Shown: piece by piece, positions 16,553-27,100 of the stretch
How positions within the stretch are numbered: position 1 is the first letter of the stretch
Layout: each line of letters starts with the position of its first letter
Source: an archaeon
GTDB taxonomy: Archaea; Iainarchaeota; Iainarchaeia; Iainarchaeales; 1-14-0-10-31-34
Direction: 5' to 3'
Assembly (NCBI GenBank): GCA_043819075.1
Contig: JBDRFE010000073.1
Span: 1-45,034, forward strand
DNA: 45,034 bases
Translations under genes and position numbers: made by a program
Notes under the pieces: model-generated
Told to the model about the DNA's origin: nothing
What the model saw: only the letters and a program-made list of their open reading frames with translations
The model's database searches: none

Positions 16553-19500
16553 ATGCAGGAAATAAAAGCCACACAAGAAATAAAAAAATACTTTAAAGAA
16601 TTAAACGCTAAAGTAAAAGAACAGTATGACACAGCAAGAAAAGCAAGAAGCACAGGAAAAGATTTAAGCAATTCAGTTGAATGCCTGCCTACAGCAGACC
16701 TGGCTGAAAGAACTGAAAGCATTATCGGGCCAAAAGGAGTGGCAAAAAGATACAGGGAATTAGTCCTGGAACTCAAAGGAGACAGGATGAAAATAATGTT
16801 CAAAGTATTCAAAGAAATAATTGAAGAACAATGGTGTGTTATTCCAGATGACTCTAAAAGAGTTGAACAGGCAATAAAAACCTGCCTTGTATTAGAAACA
16901 GAAGGAGTTGTTGTAGCGCCATTAGATGGAGTGCCAAAAATCGAAATAAACAAAAACATGGATGGAAGCAAATTCATTGACATTTATTTTGCCGGGCCAA
17001 TCAGAGCAGCAGGAGGAAGTTCAACTGTACTGCCGTTAATTTTAGGAGACTATGCAAGGCATTTAATGGACTTGGATAAGTATAAGCCCACAGAAGAAGA
17101 AGTTGAAAGATATGTTGAAGAAATAATGATTTATCAGACAGAAATTTTTTCAAGACAGTACACTATTCCGGAAGAAGAAATAAGAACTATTGTCAGGGGC
17201 TGCCCTGTATGCATTAATGGAGTTCCCACAGAAGAAAAAGAGGTTTCAGTTCACAGGGATTTAGAAAGAATTCCATCCAACAGGATCAGAGGCGGAATGG
17301 GATTAGTGATAAGCGAAGGAGTTGCATTAAAGGCAATGAAAATAATGGATTGGGCAAAAAAACTGGAATTAGACTGGAGTTGGCTTGAAAAAATAATTAA
17401 AGTAAAAAAAAGCTCTGAAGCAAAAACAGAAATAAAGCCTAATTTCAAGTACTTGGACAGAATAGCTGCTGGAAGGCCATTGCTTGCTTATCCAATGAAA
17501 TACGGGGGATTCAGGTTAAGGTATGGGAGAGGAAGAAACACTGGAATCATGGCAAAAGGAATTAATCCTGCAACAATGGTTGTATTAGATGAATTCATTG
17601 CAGTAGGCACTCATATTAGGATTGAAAGGCCTGGAAAAGCCGCTCAATTGTTTCCATGCGATTCAATTGACGGCCCAATAGTTAAGCTGAAAAACGGGAA
17701 TGTGTTAAAACTTGATTCAACAGAAGAAGCAGAAAAAATTAAGCCCCAGATAGAAAAAATACTTTTTTTAGGAGACATGCTTATTTCTTTAGGGGATTTC
17801 AGAAAAACATCCCATCCATTGCTTCCGAGCTCTTTTGTAGAAGAATGGTTTGAACTGGAATTAAAAAACGCGTTAAAAGAAAAAAAACTTGATTCAATCA
17901 ACAGAAAAGACATAGAAGATGTTCAAAAGATTGACTGCTTTACTGCAGTGGAATTAAGCATGCAGTTAGGCATTCCATTGCATCCAAAGTATTTGTTTTA
18001 TTACACTGCACTTGATTCAGGGGAAATAATTGAGTTAATGAAAGAAGCAAGAAAAGCAGAAAAAGTTTTTGAAAAAGAAAAAATTGTCGGCGCAAAATTT
18101 GAGTTAAAAGAAAAAACAAAGGATTTAATGGAAAGAATCGGATTGCCTCATTCAGTTAAAAACGACAAAATCGAGTTAGACAGCAATGCTTATCCTTTAT
18201 TAAAAACTTTAGGCGCATTAAGCACAAAAGAAATAAAAAAAGAAGACACAGAAAAAAAAGTCCTTGATTTGTTGACAGAATTCTCTGGCATAAAAATAAT
18301 GGATAAAGGCGCAAGCTTTGTCGGGGCAAGAATGGGCAGGCCGGAACAGGCAAAGCCAAGGGAAATGAAAGGAAACCCTCATGGATTGTTTCCAATAGGA
18401 AATTATGGAAGCAATACAAGAAGCATTAACAAGGCAATTAGCGTGTTAAACCAGTCAAACAAGAAACTAAAAGTTGATTTAGCATTATACCGCTGCCCGC
18501 AATGCACTAGAATAATTCCTTTTCCAAACTGCGACAAATGCAATACAGACACTTTAAGAATAAGCAAATGCAGTAAATGCGGATGGATTGGAAAACAAGA
18601 TGAAAAACAATGCCACCAGTGCAGGGGTGAAATGATTAAAGCAGAAGAAAGAGAAATAGATTTAGAGGAAATAGTTAACACTGCATTAGAAAAAATGAAT
18701 TTAAGGATGCCTGAATTGGTTAAAGGGGTAAAAGGATTGATTTCAGATTTAAAAGAGCCGGAGCCAATAGAAAAAGCGATTTTAAGGGCAAAACACAATG
18801 TTCATATTTTCAGGGACGGAACAACAAGATTTGAACTGCTTAATGCGCCGATAACACATTTCACCCCAAGAGAAATAAATTTAAGCGTGGAAAAAATAAA
18901 AGAATTAGGCTATTCAAAAGACAGCAAAGGAAAAGAAATTGTTTCAGACACACAACTAATAGAAATTTTTCCTCAGGACATGATAGTTAATGAAACAGCA
19001 GGAGACTGGATGCTGAACGTAACAGCCTTTATTGACGAAATGCTGGAAAAATTTTATGGCATGCCTGCATTCTATAACAAAAAAACAAAAGAAGACTTAA
19101 TAGGAGAAATAGTTATTGGATTGGCTCCGCACACTTCAGCTGCAATAGTTGGAAGGATTTTAGGCTACAGCAAGTCAAGATTAGGATGGAGCCATCCGTA
19201 TTTTATTACATGCAAGAGAAGGAACTGCCTTACAGGAAACACCCCGGTGTTAATACAGAACAGCCATAAAATGAAAAGTGTTTCAATCAACTATTTTGAT
19301 GATGGTTCTGAAAAAGAAGAAATCCCTCTTGAAAACATTTTTACTTATACAATTGACAGGAAAGGAAGGCTTCAGACAAGAAAAGTGAATGCATTGCTAA
19401 AACAACAAGCCCCAAAAGAATTAATTAAATTCAGGACAAGATTTGGAAGAGAAATAACAGCAACAGCAAACCATAAGCTATTGTCATTTAACGGCACAAA

Positions 19501-21424
19501 AGTATTTGAAAAACAGGTGTCAGAATTCAGTGAAGGAGATGCTTTGCTGGCATTGCATTCAGTTAAAGCAAACAGCATTCAAAAAGAATTCAATGTTTTA
19601 GAGTATTACCTAAAAAAACCTGTTTCACAAAAAAAATTTTTGAGAGTGCATGGCTTAAAACAAGAATTAAGGAAATTCATCCTCAAAAAAGGAGGCTTTA
19701 ATAAAACAGCAAAAAGAATTAAGTGGAGGGACGGAAAAGCAATTCACACAGCAGTTGATTTTGATTCAGTGCCATTAGATTTATTTGAACTGCTATTAAA
19801 GGACATGAAAAAAGACGCAAAAGATTTCAGCAACTGTTTTATTGGATACAACAAACAAAAAAGCACCCTTCCAGCAGTAATTCCTTTTAGCAGAGAATTA
19901 GGCGAAGTTTTAGGATACTTTCTTGCAGACGGTTATGCAAGAACTTCAAGGGAAAAAAATTCGAAAAAATTTGTTTACCAGGTTAATTTTGTTTCAGCTG
20001 AAAAAGAAATCACAAGAAAACTGGAAAACTCAGTAAAGGAATTATTCAAAAGAAATGTTTCAGTAGAAAAAAGAAAACTTGATTACATTACTTTAAGCGG
20101 CAGAGTTTATTTTGAATTCTTCACTGAAATGCTTGGCTCTGGAAGCAATGCAAAAAACAAGAGAGTGCCTTTTTTGCTGTTTAATTCACCAAAAGAATGC
20201 CTGCAAGGATTGCTTGCAGGATATATTGTTGGAGACGGGCACATTGACTTTAATTCAATTAAAATGACTTCAGTGAACCAAAGCATGATAAACGACTTTG
20301 GATTGGTTTGCAATTTGCTTGGATTATTCCCGCATTTTATTAATGAAAAAGAAAGGGAAATCAAATCAGGCTATTTAAAAGAATTTTATGCAAGAAAAGG
20401 AAAAACAATTTCAATCAAAGCATTTGGAATAAGGCTTTACTCAGAAGATTTAAGAGAAATCGGCAAACACTTATTCGGGGAGAAAAAGAAAAAATTTGAT
20501 GAAATTAATTTATCACACAACTTCAGGAAAAAAAGAATCAAAAAAATAGGAAACTTTGTATTAGACCCTATTACAAAAATTGAAAGAATTGAAAGCAAAG
20601 AAAAATGGGTTTATGATTTAATGGTTGAAGGGGAAAAAAATTATATTGCCGGCTTCGGGAATTTAGCGGTTTACGACTGTGACGGAGACCAGGATTCAAT
20701 AATGCTTTTAATGGATGCACTGCTGAATTTCTCTGAACACTATCTTCCAAGCTCCAGAGGAGGGAGAATGGATGCGCCATTAGTGTTTACAACAGTATTA
20801 AATCCATCTGAAATAGACAATGAAGTTTATGAAATGGAAACAGTTTCAAGTTATCCAATAGAATTTTATTACAAGACATTAGATTACGCTGAACCAAATC
20901 TAAAGGAAGTTGCAATAGTAAAAAAAAGGCTTGGAGAAGAAAACCAGTACACCGAATTAATGTTCACACATAACACTGAAACATTTGATGAAGGACCAAA
21001 ACAATCAATGTATGTCCAGTTAAAAACCATGGAAGAAAAAATAAGAAAGCAGGCAAAATTACAGCACAAGATTAGTGCAGTAGAAGAAAAAGATGCATTA
21101 GAAAGAGTTTTGGTTTCCCATTTTTTGCCGGACATAATCGGGAATACAAGAGCTTTTTCCAAGCAAAACTTCAGGTGCACTGCCTGCGGGGCAAAATACA
21201 GGAGAGTTCCTTTAGTGGGAAAATGCACTAAATGCGGGAACAATTTAATTCTGACAATAGCTGAAGGCTCTGTAAGAAAGTACCTTGAAATTGCAAAAGC
21301 CATTATTTCAGAATACGGGTTAGGCGATTACTTAAAACAGAGAATTGACTTGGCTGAAAGAGAAATCTCTTCTGTTTTCAGCAACGACAAAGTAAAACAA
21401 AAGTCATTGCACGAATACTTTTAA
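16553..21424 (+). CDS. polC: DNA polymerase D large subunit DP2, intein-containing (1139 aa after splicing)
   Basis: YFAGPIRAAGG, GFRLRYGR, GARMGRPE, KRRN|...|CDGDQD, SRGGRMDAPL and Zn-finger CxxC motifs. Confidence 0.97.
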   Translation: MQEIKATQEIKKYFKELNAKVKEQYDTARKARSTGKDLSNSVECLPTADLAERTESIIGPKGVAKRYRELVLELKGDRMKIMFKVFKEIIEEQWCVIPDDSKRVEQAIKTCLVLETEGVVVAPLDGVPKIEINKNMDGSKFIDIYFAGPIRAAGGSSTVLPLILGDYARHLMDLDKYKPTEEEVERYVEEIMIYQTEIFSRQYTIPEEEIRTIVRGCPVCINGVPTEEKEVSVHRDLERIPSNRIRGGMGLVISEGVALKAMKIMDWAKKLELDWSWLEKIIKVKKSSEAKTEIKPNFKYLDRIAAGRPLLAYPMKYGGFRLRYGRGRNTGIMAKGINPATMVVLDEFIAVGTHIRIERPGKAAQLFPCDSIDGPIVKLKNGNVLKLDSTEEAEKIKPQIEKILFLGDMLISLGDFRKTSHPLLPSSFVEEWFELELKNALKEKKLDSINRKDIEDVQKIDCFTAVELSMQLGIPLHPKYLFYYTALDSGEIIELMKEARKAEKVFEKEKIVGAKFELKEKTKDLMERIGLPHSVKNDKIELDSNAYPLLKTLGALSTKEIKKEDTEKKVLDLLTEFSGIKIMDKGASFVGARMGRPEQAKPREMKGNPHGLFPIGNYGSNTRSINKAISVLNQSNKKLKVDLALYRCPQCTRIIPFPNCDKCNTDTLRISKCSKCGWIGKQDEKQCHQCRGEMIKAEEREIDLEEIVNTALEKMNLRMPELVKGVKGLISDLKEPEPIEKAILRAKHNVHIFRDGTTRFELLNAPITHFTPREINLSVEKIKELGYSKDSKGKEIVSDTQLIEIFPQDMIVNETAGDWMLNVTAFIDEMLEKFYGMPAFYNKKTKEDLIGEIVIGLAPHTSAAIVGRILGYSKSRLGWSHPYFITCKRRNCLTGNTPVLIQNSHKMKSVSINYFDDGSEKEEIPLENIFTYTIDRKGRLQTRKVNALLKQQAPKELIKFRTRFGREITATANHKLLSFNGTKVFEKQVSEFSEGDALLALHSVKANSIQKEFNVLEYYLKKPVSQKKFLRVHGLKQELRKFILKKGGFNKTAKRIKWRDGKAIHTAVDFDSVPLDLFELLLKDMKKDAKDFSNCFIGYNKQKSTLPAVIPFSRELGEVLGYFLADGYARTSREKNSKKFVYQVNFVSAEKEITRKLENSVKELFKRNVSVEKRKLDYITLSGRVYFEFFTEMLGSGSNAKNKRVPFLLFNSPKECLQGLLAGYIVGDGHIDFNSIKMTSVNQSMINDFGLVCNLLGLFPHFINEKEREIKSGYLKEFYARKGKTISIKAFGIRLYSEDLREIGKHLFGEKKKKFDEINLSHNFRKKRIKKIGNFVLDPITKIERIESKEKWVYDLMVEGEKNYIAGFGNLAVYDCDGDQDSIMLLMDALLNFSEHYLPSSRGGRMDAPLVFTTVLNPSEIDNEVYEMETVSSYPIEFYYKTLDYAEPNLKEVAIVKKRLGEENQYTELMFTHNTETFDEGPKQSMYVQLKTMEEKIRKQAKLQHKISAVEEKDALERVLVSHFLPDIIGNTRAFSKQNFRCTACGAKYRRVPLVGKCTKCGNNLILTIAEGSVRKYLEIAKAIISEYGLGDYLKQRIDLAEREISSVFSNDKVKQKSLHEYF
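19226..20677 (+). mobile_element. Intein with LAGLIDADG homing endonuclease (484 aa) in the DP2 catalytic motif
   Basis: Interrupts KRRN/CDGDQD. Begins CLTGNT, block B TATANH, LAGLIDADG motifs LGYFLADG and LAGYIVGDG, block F VYDLMVEGEKNYIA, ends AVYD followed by +1 Cys. Confidence 0.95.
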
Positions 21425-21448
21425 ATAAAATGAAGGAATAATTTGTTT

Positions 21449-21718
21449 ATGCCTGGAAAACAACACCAAAAACACCGGCAAGCCAACAGAGAGAAACGCC
21501 GTGGTACACTAAAACCAGGCAACAGACAGATGACAGAAACACTTAAAGCGGCATCTGCCTCGCTGGAAAAAACAGGTGCTTTTGTGCAAGTTACTTTTCC
21601 AATAGCTACAGTAATTTCTCCGGATGGAAGAAAACGCAGGGAATTTAATCTGCAAAATTCTCAGAGTGCTGCTGAATTCTTCATGCTTGCAAAAGAAGCC
21701 TCTCAGATAAACCCGTAA
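21449..21718 (+). CDS. Small hypothetical protein with a basic N-terminus
   Basis: ATG 21449 (MPGKQHQKHRQANREKRRG) with TTTTAAAT 23-30 nt upstream; 16-nt convergent overlap with the next gene. Confidence 0.55.
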   Translation: MPGKQHQKHRQANREKRRGTLKPGNRQMTETLKAASASLEKTGAFVQVTFPIATVISPDGRKRREFNLQNSQSAAEFFMLAKEASQINP

Positions 21719-22461
21719 TTCCACAGAATGATTAGGATAAGGATTATTAGCAAAACAAACGACTGGTATTTCCAGTTATGCATTAAATTGTGAACAATGT
21801 TTCCTGAAAAAGTGTTTTTTACCACAAAATTTGCTGCATCAGATACAACTGAAGTAGTGTAATTAATCCAGCTTGAAGGGCTCTGCAAGTCATGCAGGGT
21901 TTCAGCTGTTATTTCCCAGAAACCTAATTCTTTTTCAGGAATTTCTTCTTCAGAGATAACGCTTCCGTCAACTCCGGAAATCCTGAACTGAAAGGTTTGT
22001 TCTTCAACAGAAAAATCAATTATCCAGACAGGATACAAAACTTTTTTCAGGGAATGAATTATTACATTAGATTTTTTTGCCTTCAAGTGCTCTGCGACTT
22101 TAATCTGAACAATTGACTCAACTTTTTCGTTTAACTCAAATTTGAGTTCCTCAAAAGGAATGTTATCAGGCAGTTCATCAATTTTTTCAACTAATTCGGT
22201 TTCTTCCGGAACAGCAATGCTTTCATCCAAAGAAGAATTCATTGCATCCAAAGCCATTTTCCCGTTAACTGTTTCAGAGACATTATTGTTTGTGTCTTCA
22301 AAGAATGCCTCAAAAGAAAAAAAGTAGTAGGGGACAAAAACGATTTTTACTTCAATTACTTCAAAGTCAAACCAGTTCTTTTCCTCTAAGGTTGTTTTAA
22401 TGAATTCTGTGGTTTCCTGTAAAGAAAAAGAAAGAGGAAAAGACTTTTCTTTTAGTTTCAT
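21703..22461 (-). CDS. Hypothetical acidic protein with a C-terminal membrane anchor
   Basis: Two related strands, IVFVPYYFF and VLYPVWII (PepSY-like pattern); C-terminal TM; 10 nt downstream of sepF. Confidence 0.8.
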   Translation of the reverse strand: MKLKEKSFPLSFSLQETTEFIKTTLEEKNWFDFEVIEVKIVFVPYYFFSFEAFFEDTNNNVSETVNGKMALDAMNSSLDESIAVPEETELVEKIDELPDNIPFEELKFELNEKVESIVQIKVAEHLKAKKSNVIIHSLKKVLYPVWIIDFSVEEQTFQFRISGVDGSVISEEEIPEKELGFWEITAETLHDLQSPSSWINYTTSVVSDAANFVVKNTFSGNIVHNLMHNWKYQSFVLLIILILIILWNYGFI

Positions 22462-22471
22462 AAAAGAAATA

Positions 22472-22828
22472 TTACTCTTTTCTTTTAATAATTTTAACTT
22501 TTGCAGGAGTTACAATAATCCTTTCAGTTGAAATTCTTGCAATATCCCCGTTTATTTCATCTACAACGGATTTAATGCTTTTGACCAGGTCCCTTAACTT
22601 TATTGCATTCCTTTTTGAAAGGTCTCCTATGTTAAGCAATAAAATGTTTCCTTTCCTTAATTCGTTTATTACCATGCTAGCATCTTCTTCAGTCATCAGA
22701 GAAACAGGCTTAACATAAGCATCTGCATCCTCAACCATTGTTTCTTCTTCAACATCAAGATTGTTTAAAAACTCCTCAATGTCAACACTGTCTTCCTGCT
22801 TTTTAAATATCTTATCCATAAAAGCCAT
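22472..22828 (-). CDS. sepF: Cell division protein SepF
   Basis: ATG 22828 with a GGTGG SD; amphipathic MAFMDKIF N-terminus; ELRKGNILLLNI...INGDIARI...IIVTP. Confidence 0.88.
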   Translation of the reverse strand: MAFMDKIFKKQEDSVDIEEFLNNLDVEEETMVEDADAYVKPVSLMTEEDASMVINELRKGNILLLNIGDLSKRNAIKLRDLVKSIKSVVDEINGDIARISTERIIVTPAKVKIIKRKE

Positions 22829-22953
22829 GAAAATACCACCCCAATAACAATAAATCTTACAATACAATCTGAAAAGAACATATTTTAAAAGAAATACTTG
22901 AAGAAAACAGTTAATAGACGCATTTAAATTCATTTTTCAATTAAAAATATTTC

Positions 22954-24153
22954 ATGCCAAACCTATTTGAAAAAGAACTCACAAAAGAAAGCATTTTCAA
23001 AGACAGGAGCGCAATAAGCCAGCATTACTTTCCAAAAGAACTTCCTTTCAGGGAAAAACAATTAGAAGAAATAACAAAAATCCTTTCGCCGTCATTAAAA
23101 GGGAAAAAGCCTGACAATTTGTTTTTGTACGGCAAAGTCGGAACAGGCAAAACAACTGTTACTTGGCATGTAATAAAAGAATTAGAGGAATTTGCTGAAA
23201 AAAATCAGGCAAAAGTTGTATGCAATTACGTTAACTGCAGAAACCATAACTCAAAATACAAGGTATTGATTAAAGCAATCAAAAAGTTTTTTCCAAAAGA
23301 AAATTTTGTCGGGTATTCAGCTGGATTCATCCAGGAAAAAATGATGGAATACTGCGGCAAAGAAAACCATATAATCCTTGTATTAGATGAAATAGACAAA
23401 GTAAAAGACTTGGATGAATTAATTTATTCTTTGAGCAGAAGCAATGACGAAATGAGGAAAGGCAGCATTTCAATTATAGGCATTTCAAACAACTTAATGT
23501 TCAAAGAAAAACTTGACCAAAGGACTAAAAGCTCTTTATGCGAAAAAGAAATGGTTTTCCCGCCATATAATGCAGAAGAATTAAGGGCAATATTAAAAGC
23601 AAGAGTTGAATTAGCTTTTGTGCCTGGAAGCGTATCAGATTCAGCAGTAAATTTGGCTGCAGCAATTGCCGCCCAAGAATCAGGCGACGCAAGAACAGCT
23701 GTAATGCTTTTGATGAGAGCAGGAGAAATAACAGAAAACTCCGGCTTAAAAAAAGTAAGCGACGTGGAAGTCCAGAAAGCAAAAAAGAAAGTCGAAGAAG
23801 ACATAATATTTAACATGATTTCAACCCTGCCAGAACAACAGCAGCTTGTATTGAAAGCAATTGCAGTGCTTTCAATGAGCACCAAAGGAATAAAAAAAAT
23901 TACAGGACAAGAAGAGCAAGGAGTGCTTTACTCAGGAGAAGTGTATGAAAAATACAAGCAACTGGCTTCAGGCTTAAAAGAAAGCATTGTAAGCGCTCGA
24001 TGGTACAGGCAGTACATAAGCGAATTAGAAATGTATGGCTTGATTTTAACTTCTTCTTCCGGGCCAGGAATAAAAGGCCAGACAAAATTAATCAAGCTAG
24101 GCTTTGACCCGGAAAAAATTAATTCAATTTTAGACACTCAGTTAAACAAATAA
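22954..24153 (+). CDS. cdc6: Orc1/Cdc6 replication initiator
   Basis: LPFRE, GKVGTGKT, YVNC, LVLDEID, FPPYNAEEL, GDAR and a C-terminal winged helix. Confidence 0.95.
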   Translation: MPNLFEKELTKESIFKDRSAISQHYFPKELPFREKQLEEITKILSPSLKGKKPDNLFLYGKVGTGKTTVTWHVIKELEEFAEKNQAKVVCNYVNCRNHNSKYKVLIKAIKKFFPKENFVGYSAGFIQEKMMEYCGKENHIILVLDEIDKVKDLDELIYSLSRSNDEMRKGSISIIGISNNLMFKEKLDQRTKSSLCEKEMVFPPYNAEELRAILKARVELAFVPGSVSDSAVNLAAAIAAQESGDARTAVMLLMRAGEITENSGLKKVSDVEVQKAKKKVEEDIIFNMISTLPEQQQLVLKAIAVLSMSTKGIKKITGQEEQGVLYSGEVYEKYKQLASGLKESIVSARWYRQYISELEMYGLILTSSSGPGIKGQTKLIKLGFDPEKINSILDTQLNK

Positions 24154-24173
24154 AAAATAAAAGCAAAAAAGTT

Positions 24174-27100
24174 TTACTGCTGAATGCAGGCTGAATCAAT
24201 GCTTAAATCAGTTTGCCTTGAATCAAGTTCCTGAAGCAGTTTTTCTTCGTTCCACAAAATATAAGAAAAGTTTTCCTGGTTTTTCACGCAAGCATAACCG
24301 CTTTTTATTAAATCAAATAAATCCCTTAAAGAGTCAGCGTTATCGTTTGGAGCGGAATTGAATTTAAGTTCTGTAACCCCCTGTACTCCCTGCAAGGCAA
24401 TCCAGTTCTGGTCAGACCTGCTGCTTAAATCATTTTTTGAATACAAGACAGTTGAACTAAAAGGATTGTTTGAGCGGACAGCAAAAGGAATCAGCCTTAA
24501 ATAAGAAACCGGAACATTAACAGGAGAATAAACAACTGAATTCAAGAAAGTTTTTCCTGTAAGAGAAGCATTATTCCATGAAAGCTTGAAAACATTTGCT
24601 AAATTATTCTGGCCTAAATTCGGAGTATCCATTGGCTCTGCTTTCCTGTCAGAATAAAACCCAACAGGGCTTCCGGTGAAATCCAAACAGCTTGAACCTA
24701 ATCCATTCCAGGAAATTAAATTATCTGCTGAAATTAATTCTTTTTCTAACTGAGAGGAATAAACTGCATAATAAATTGCTGCAGGCTCAGCCTGTCTTGA
24801 TAATTCTGCTTTAAGCAGCAATGGAGTGGCATAACTCGGGTAAAACTTTATTGTCCTTAAATTAGTTGTTGTATCTCTTGCAAGCTCCATTAAAGTGCCT
24901 TTATACAAGCCTGAATTAAGTTCATTAAAGGAATCAAACTGCCTTAGCCATAAAACACTGTAAGCTGAAAGATTTGGCGAAGAATAAATGCTGTAAGAAT
25001 CATTTACATTAAACTTGTTTGAAATAGAAGAAACATCAAAGCTTGAACCATAATTAATTCTGTTGAATGTGTTTTCTTTTAAGCCTATTTTGCCGTCAAA
25101 AGGAATGTAATAAAAGACACTGTCCTCTGAAAGCATTTCTTGTTCTAAGTCGGCTGAACTCTTAATCAAAAACAATTCAATGCCCAATCTTTCCGGCTCA
25201 ACTGAAACAGTCACATGATACCAGCCTGGCTGGATTTCTGTTCCAACAGCATTTCTAACAGAAAAATCAATCTTGTTTTCAGCAAAATACTTTCTTACAA
25301 CAGAATAATCTGCTTCACTTGCTTCATTCAGGTATTTTGTCGGAGTATCAAATGATTCATTTGTTTTCATTGCCCAGAAATCAAAGTCTGAAAAGAATTC
25401 ACTTGAATAATTGTCTGAAATAAGTGTTGCATTAAAATCAAAACTGCCTACTCTGGATGAATCGCTTTGCCTGAACTTTATTATTCTGTCAACTAATTCC
25501 ATTGAAAACTGCGAGGCATCACAGTAATAATAATTTGTTTCAGCTAAATTCTGTTTAGTGCAAAAGCCTTTTGCATCAAAAGAAGAGACCTTAAATACAT
25601 CAAACTTCCAGTCTAATTTTATTTTTGGAAGCTCTGTAGAACAGTCTCTTGAAGAAATAATTGAACTGCCTTCGCCGATAGTGCATCCAAGCCAGAAACT
25701 TACGTCAAAGTCGCCTTTTCTTTGGTTCAAAGAACCTTCACCAAGGCAGGCTTTTAAGTCAAATGCCTCTGAAGCAATCTCTCCCGGGACTGAAAGGATT
25801 GAAATTTTTACCGGAATGTTTGTGGTTAAATTCCTTCCTTTAACAGAATAGTTTAGTTTAATGTATCCTGTAACAGACCTGCTTGTCTCTAATGCTTTTC
25901 CCTCTTGGGTAAGGATTAAAACAAAATTAATGTCTTTTCCTGCACCAGATGCATTAAACGGAACCTGAATTTGCTGAGGCAAAACAAAAGTAGAGTTCAG
26001 GTCAAAGTTAATGCTGTTAATTACTGCATTAAAGTCAGAGAAACTGCTTTTGAAATTAACTGTTTGTGCAATTCTTTCAGGGGAATTCTGCTGAAGATAA
26101 AACACATACTCAAGCCTTGAAGGAACAGAAACTAAAGCATCTTTTTCCGGAACGATTTCTGTCCTGAAAGGCAAGGCAATGAAATCGGGTTTTCCACTCA
26201 CATCAAAAATAAAAATAATTTTTCCTGTTTCAGCTGATTTAACTACAGGAGAAAAACCTGTTCTAAGCAATGCATTGAAATCAAGTATTAAGCCGGTTCC
26301 AGAAGAAACAACTAAACCGGTGTTTTGTTTCAGGAGTTCAAGCATTCTGGTTAAATTCAGGTTAGTTGAACTTGACTGCAATTCAACTCCGGTAATTCTT
26401 ATTTCACCTGCATTAGTGTTTTTTCTTTTCATGGAAAATTTTGCTGAAGAAAAAGATTCATCTGAAAACAGTGAAGCCAGAATCGGGTTAAGTGAACTTA
26501 TTTCTGGCCCAGAGACAGGGAAATACGCTGAAACAAAATCTGAACCAGAGTTAATTAATACAGTGAAAGGAATTGTTTTGTCAAAAACAAAGGAATTGAT
26601 TTTCATTATCAAAACAAGGTTTGCATCAACTGAAAGGTTTTGGGTTAACAACAAAGTTTTTTCAGTGTCAAGCGAAAGGTTCAGAGTTATTTTTTTCCCT
26701 GAAGAAGAAAAGTTTCCCTGCCAGCTGGATAAAGAGTTTTCGTCAAAAAAATCAGAATAAGAAAAATCAATTGAATAGCCAATAATTTCCTGATTCAGCT
26801 TTCCGTTGGATAAATCAGAGAACACAAGCTCTTTTGACTTAACTGCTGTTTCATCTGGAGTGAAAGCAAACAATAATTGCCCAGAAGAAAAACTGAAAGT
26901 GTTTGCATCAGATACAAGGATTTCCCTTAAAGCAGTTGCATCAGATTGCTCTGCTTTTATTTCAATTAAAGTCAAAGGATACAATTCAGGGATTTCATTT
27001 GAAGCATCAAATACTGCTGTGCCAGAAGAATCTGTTTCCTTTGAAGAATGCTGGACTCCGTCAATTGAAACACTAACTAAAGAGTTTTCAACCGGATTGC

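Noticed and set aside
22829-22933. 35-aa N-terminal extension of SepF
   Set aside because: ATG 22828 has a GGTGG SD and gives the typical amphipathic start.
22829-22953. Replication origin next to cdc6
   Set aside because: Only 125 bp, with no ORB (TTCCAGTGGAAAC plus G-string) or repeated mini-ORB visible; better explained as divergent promoters.
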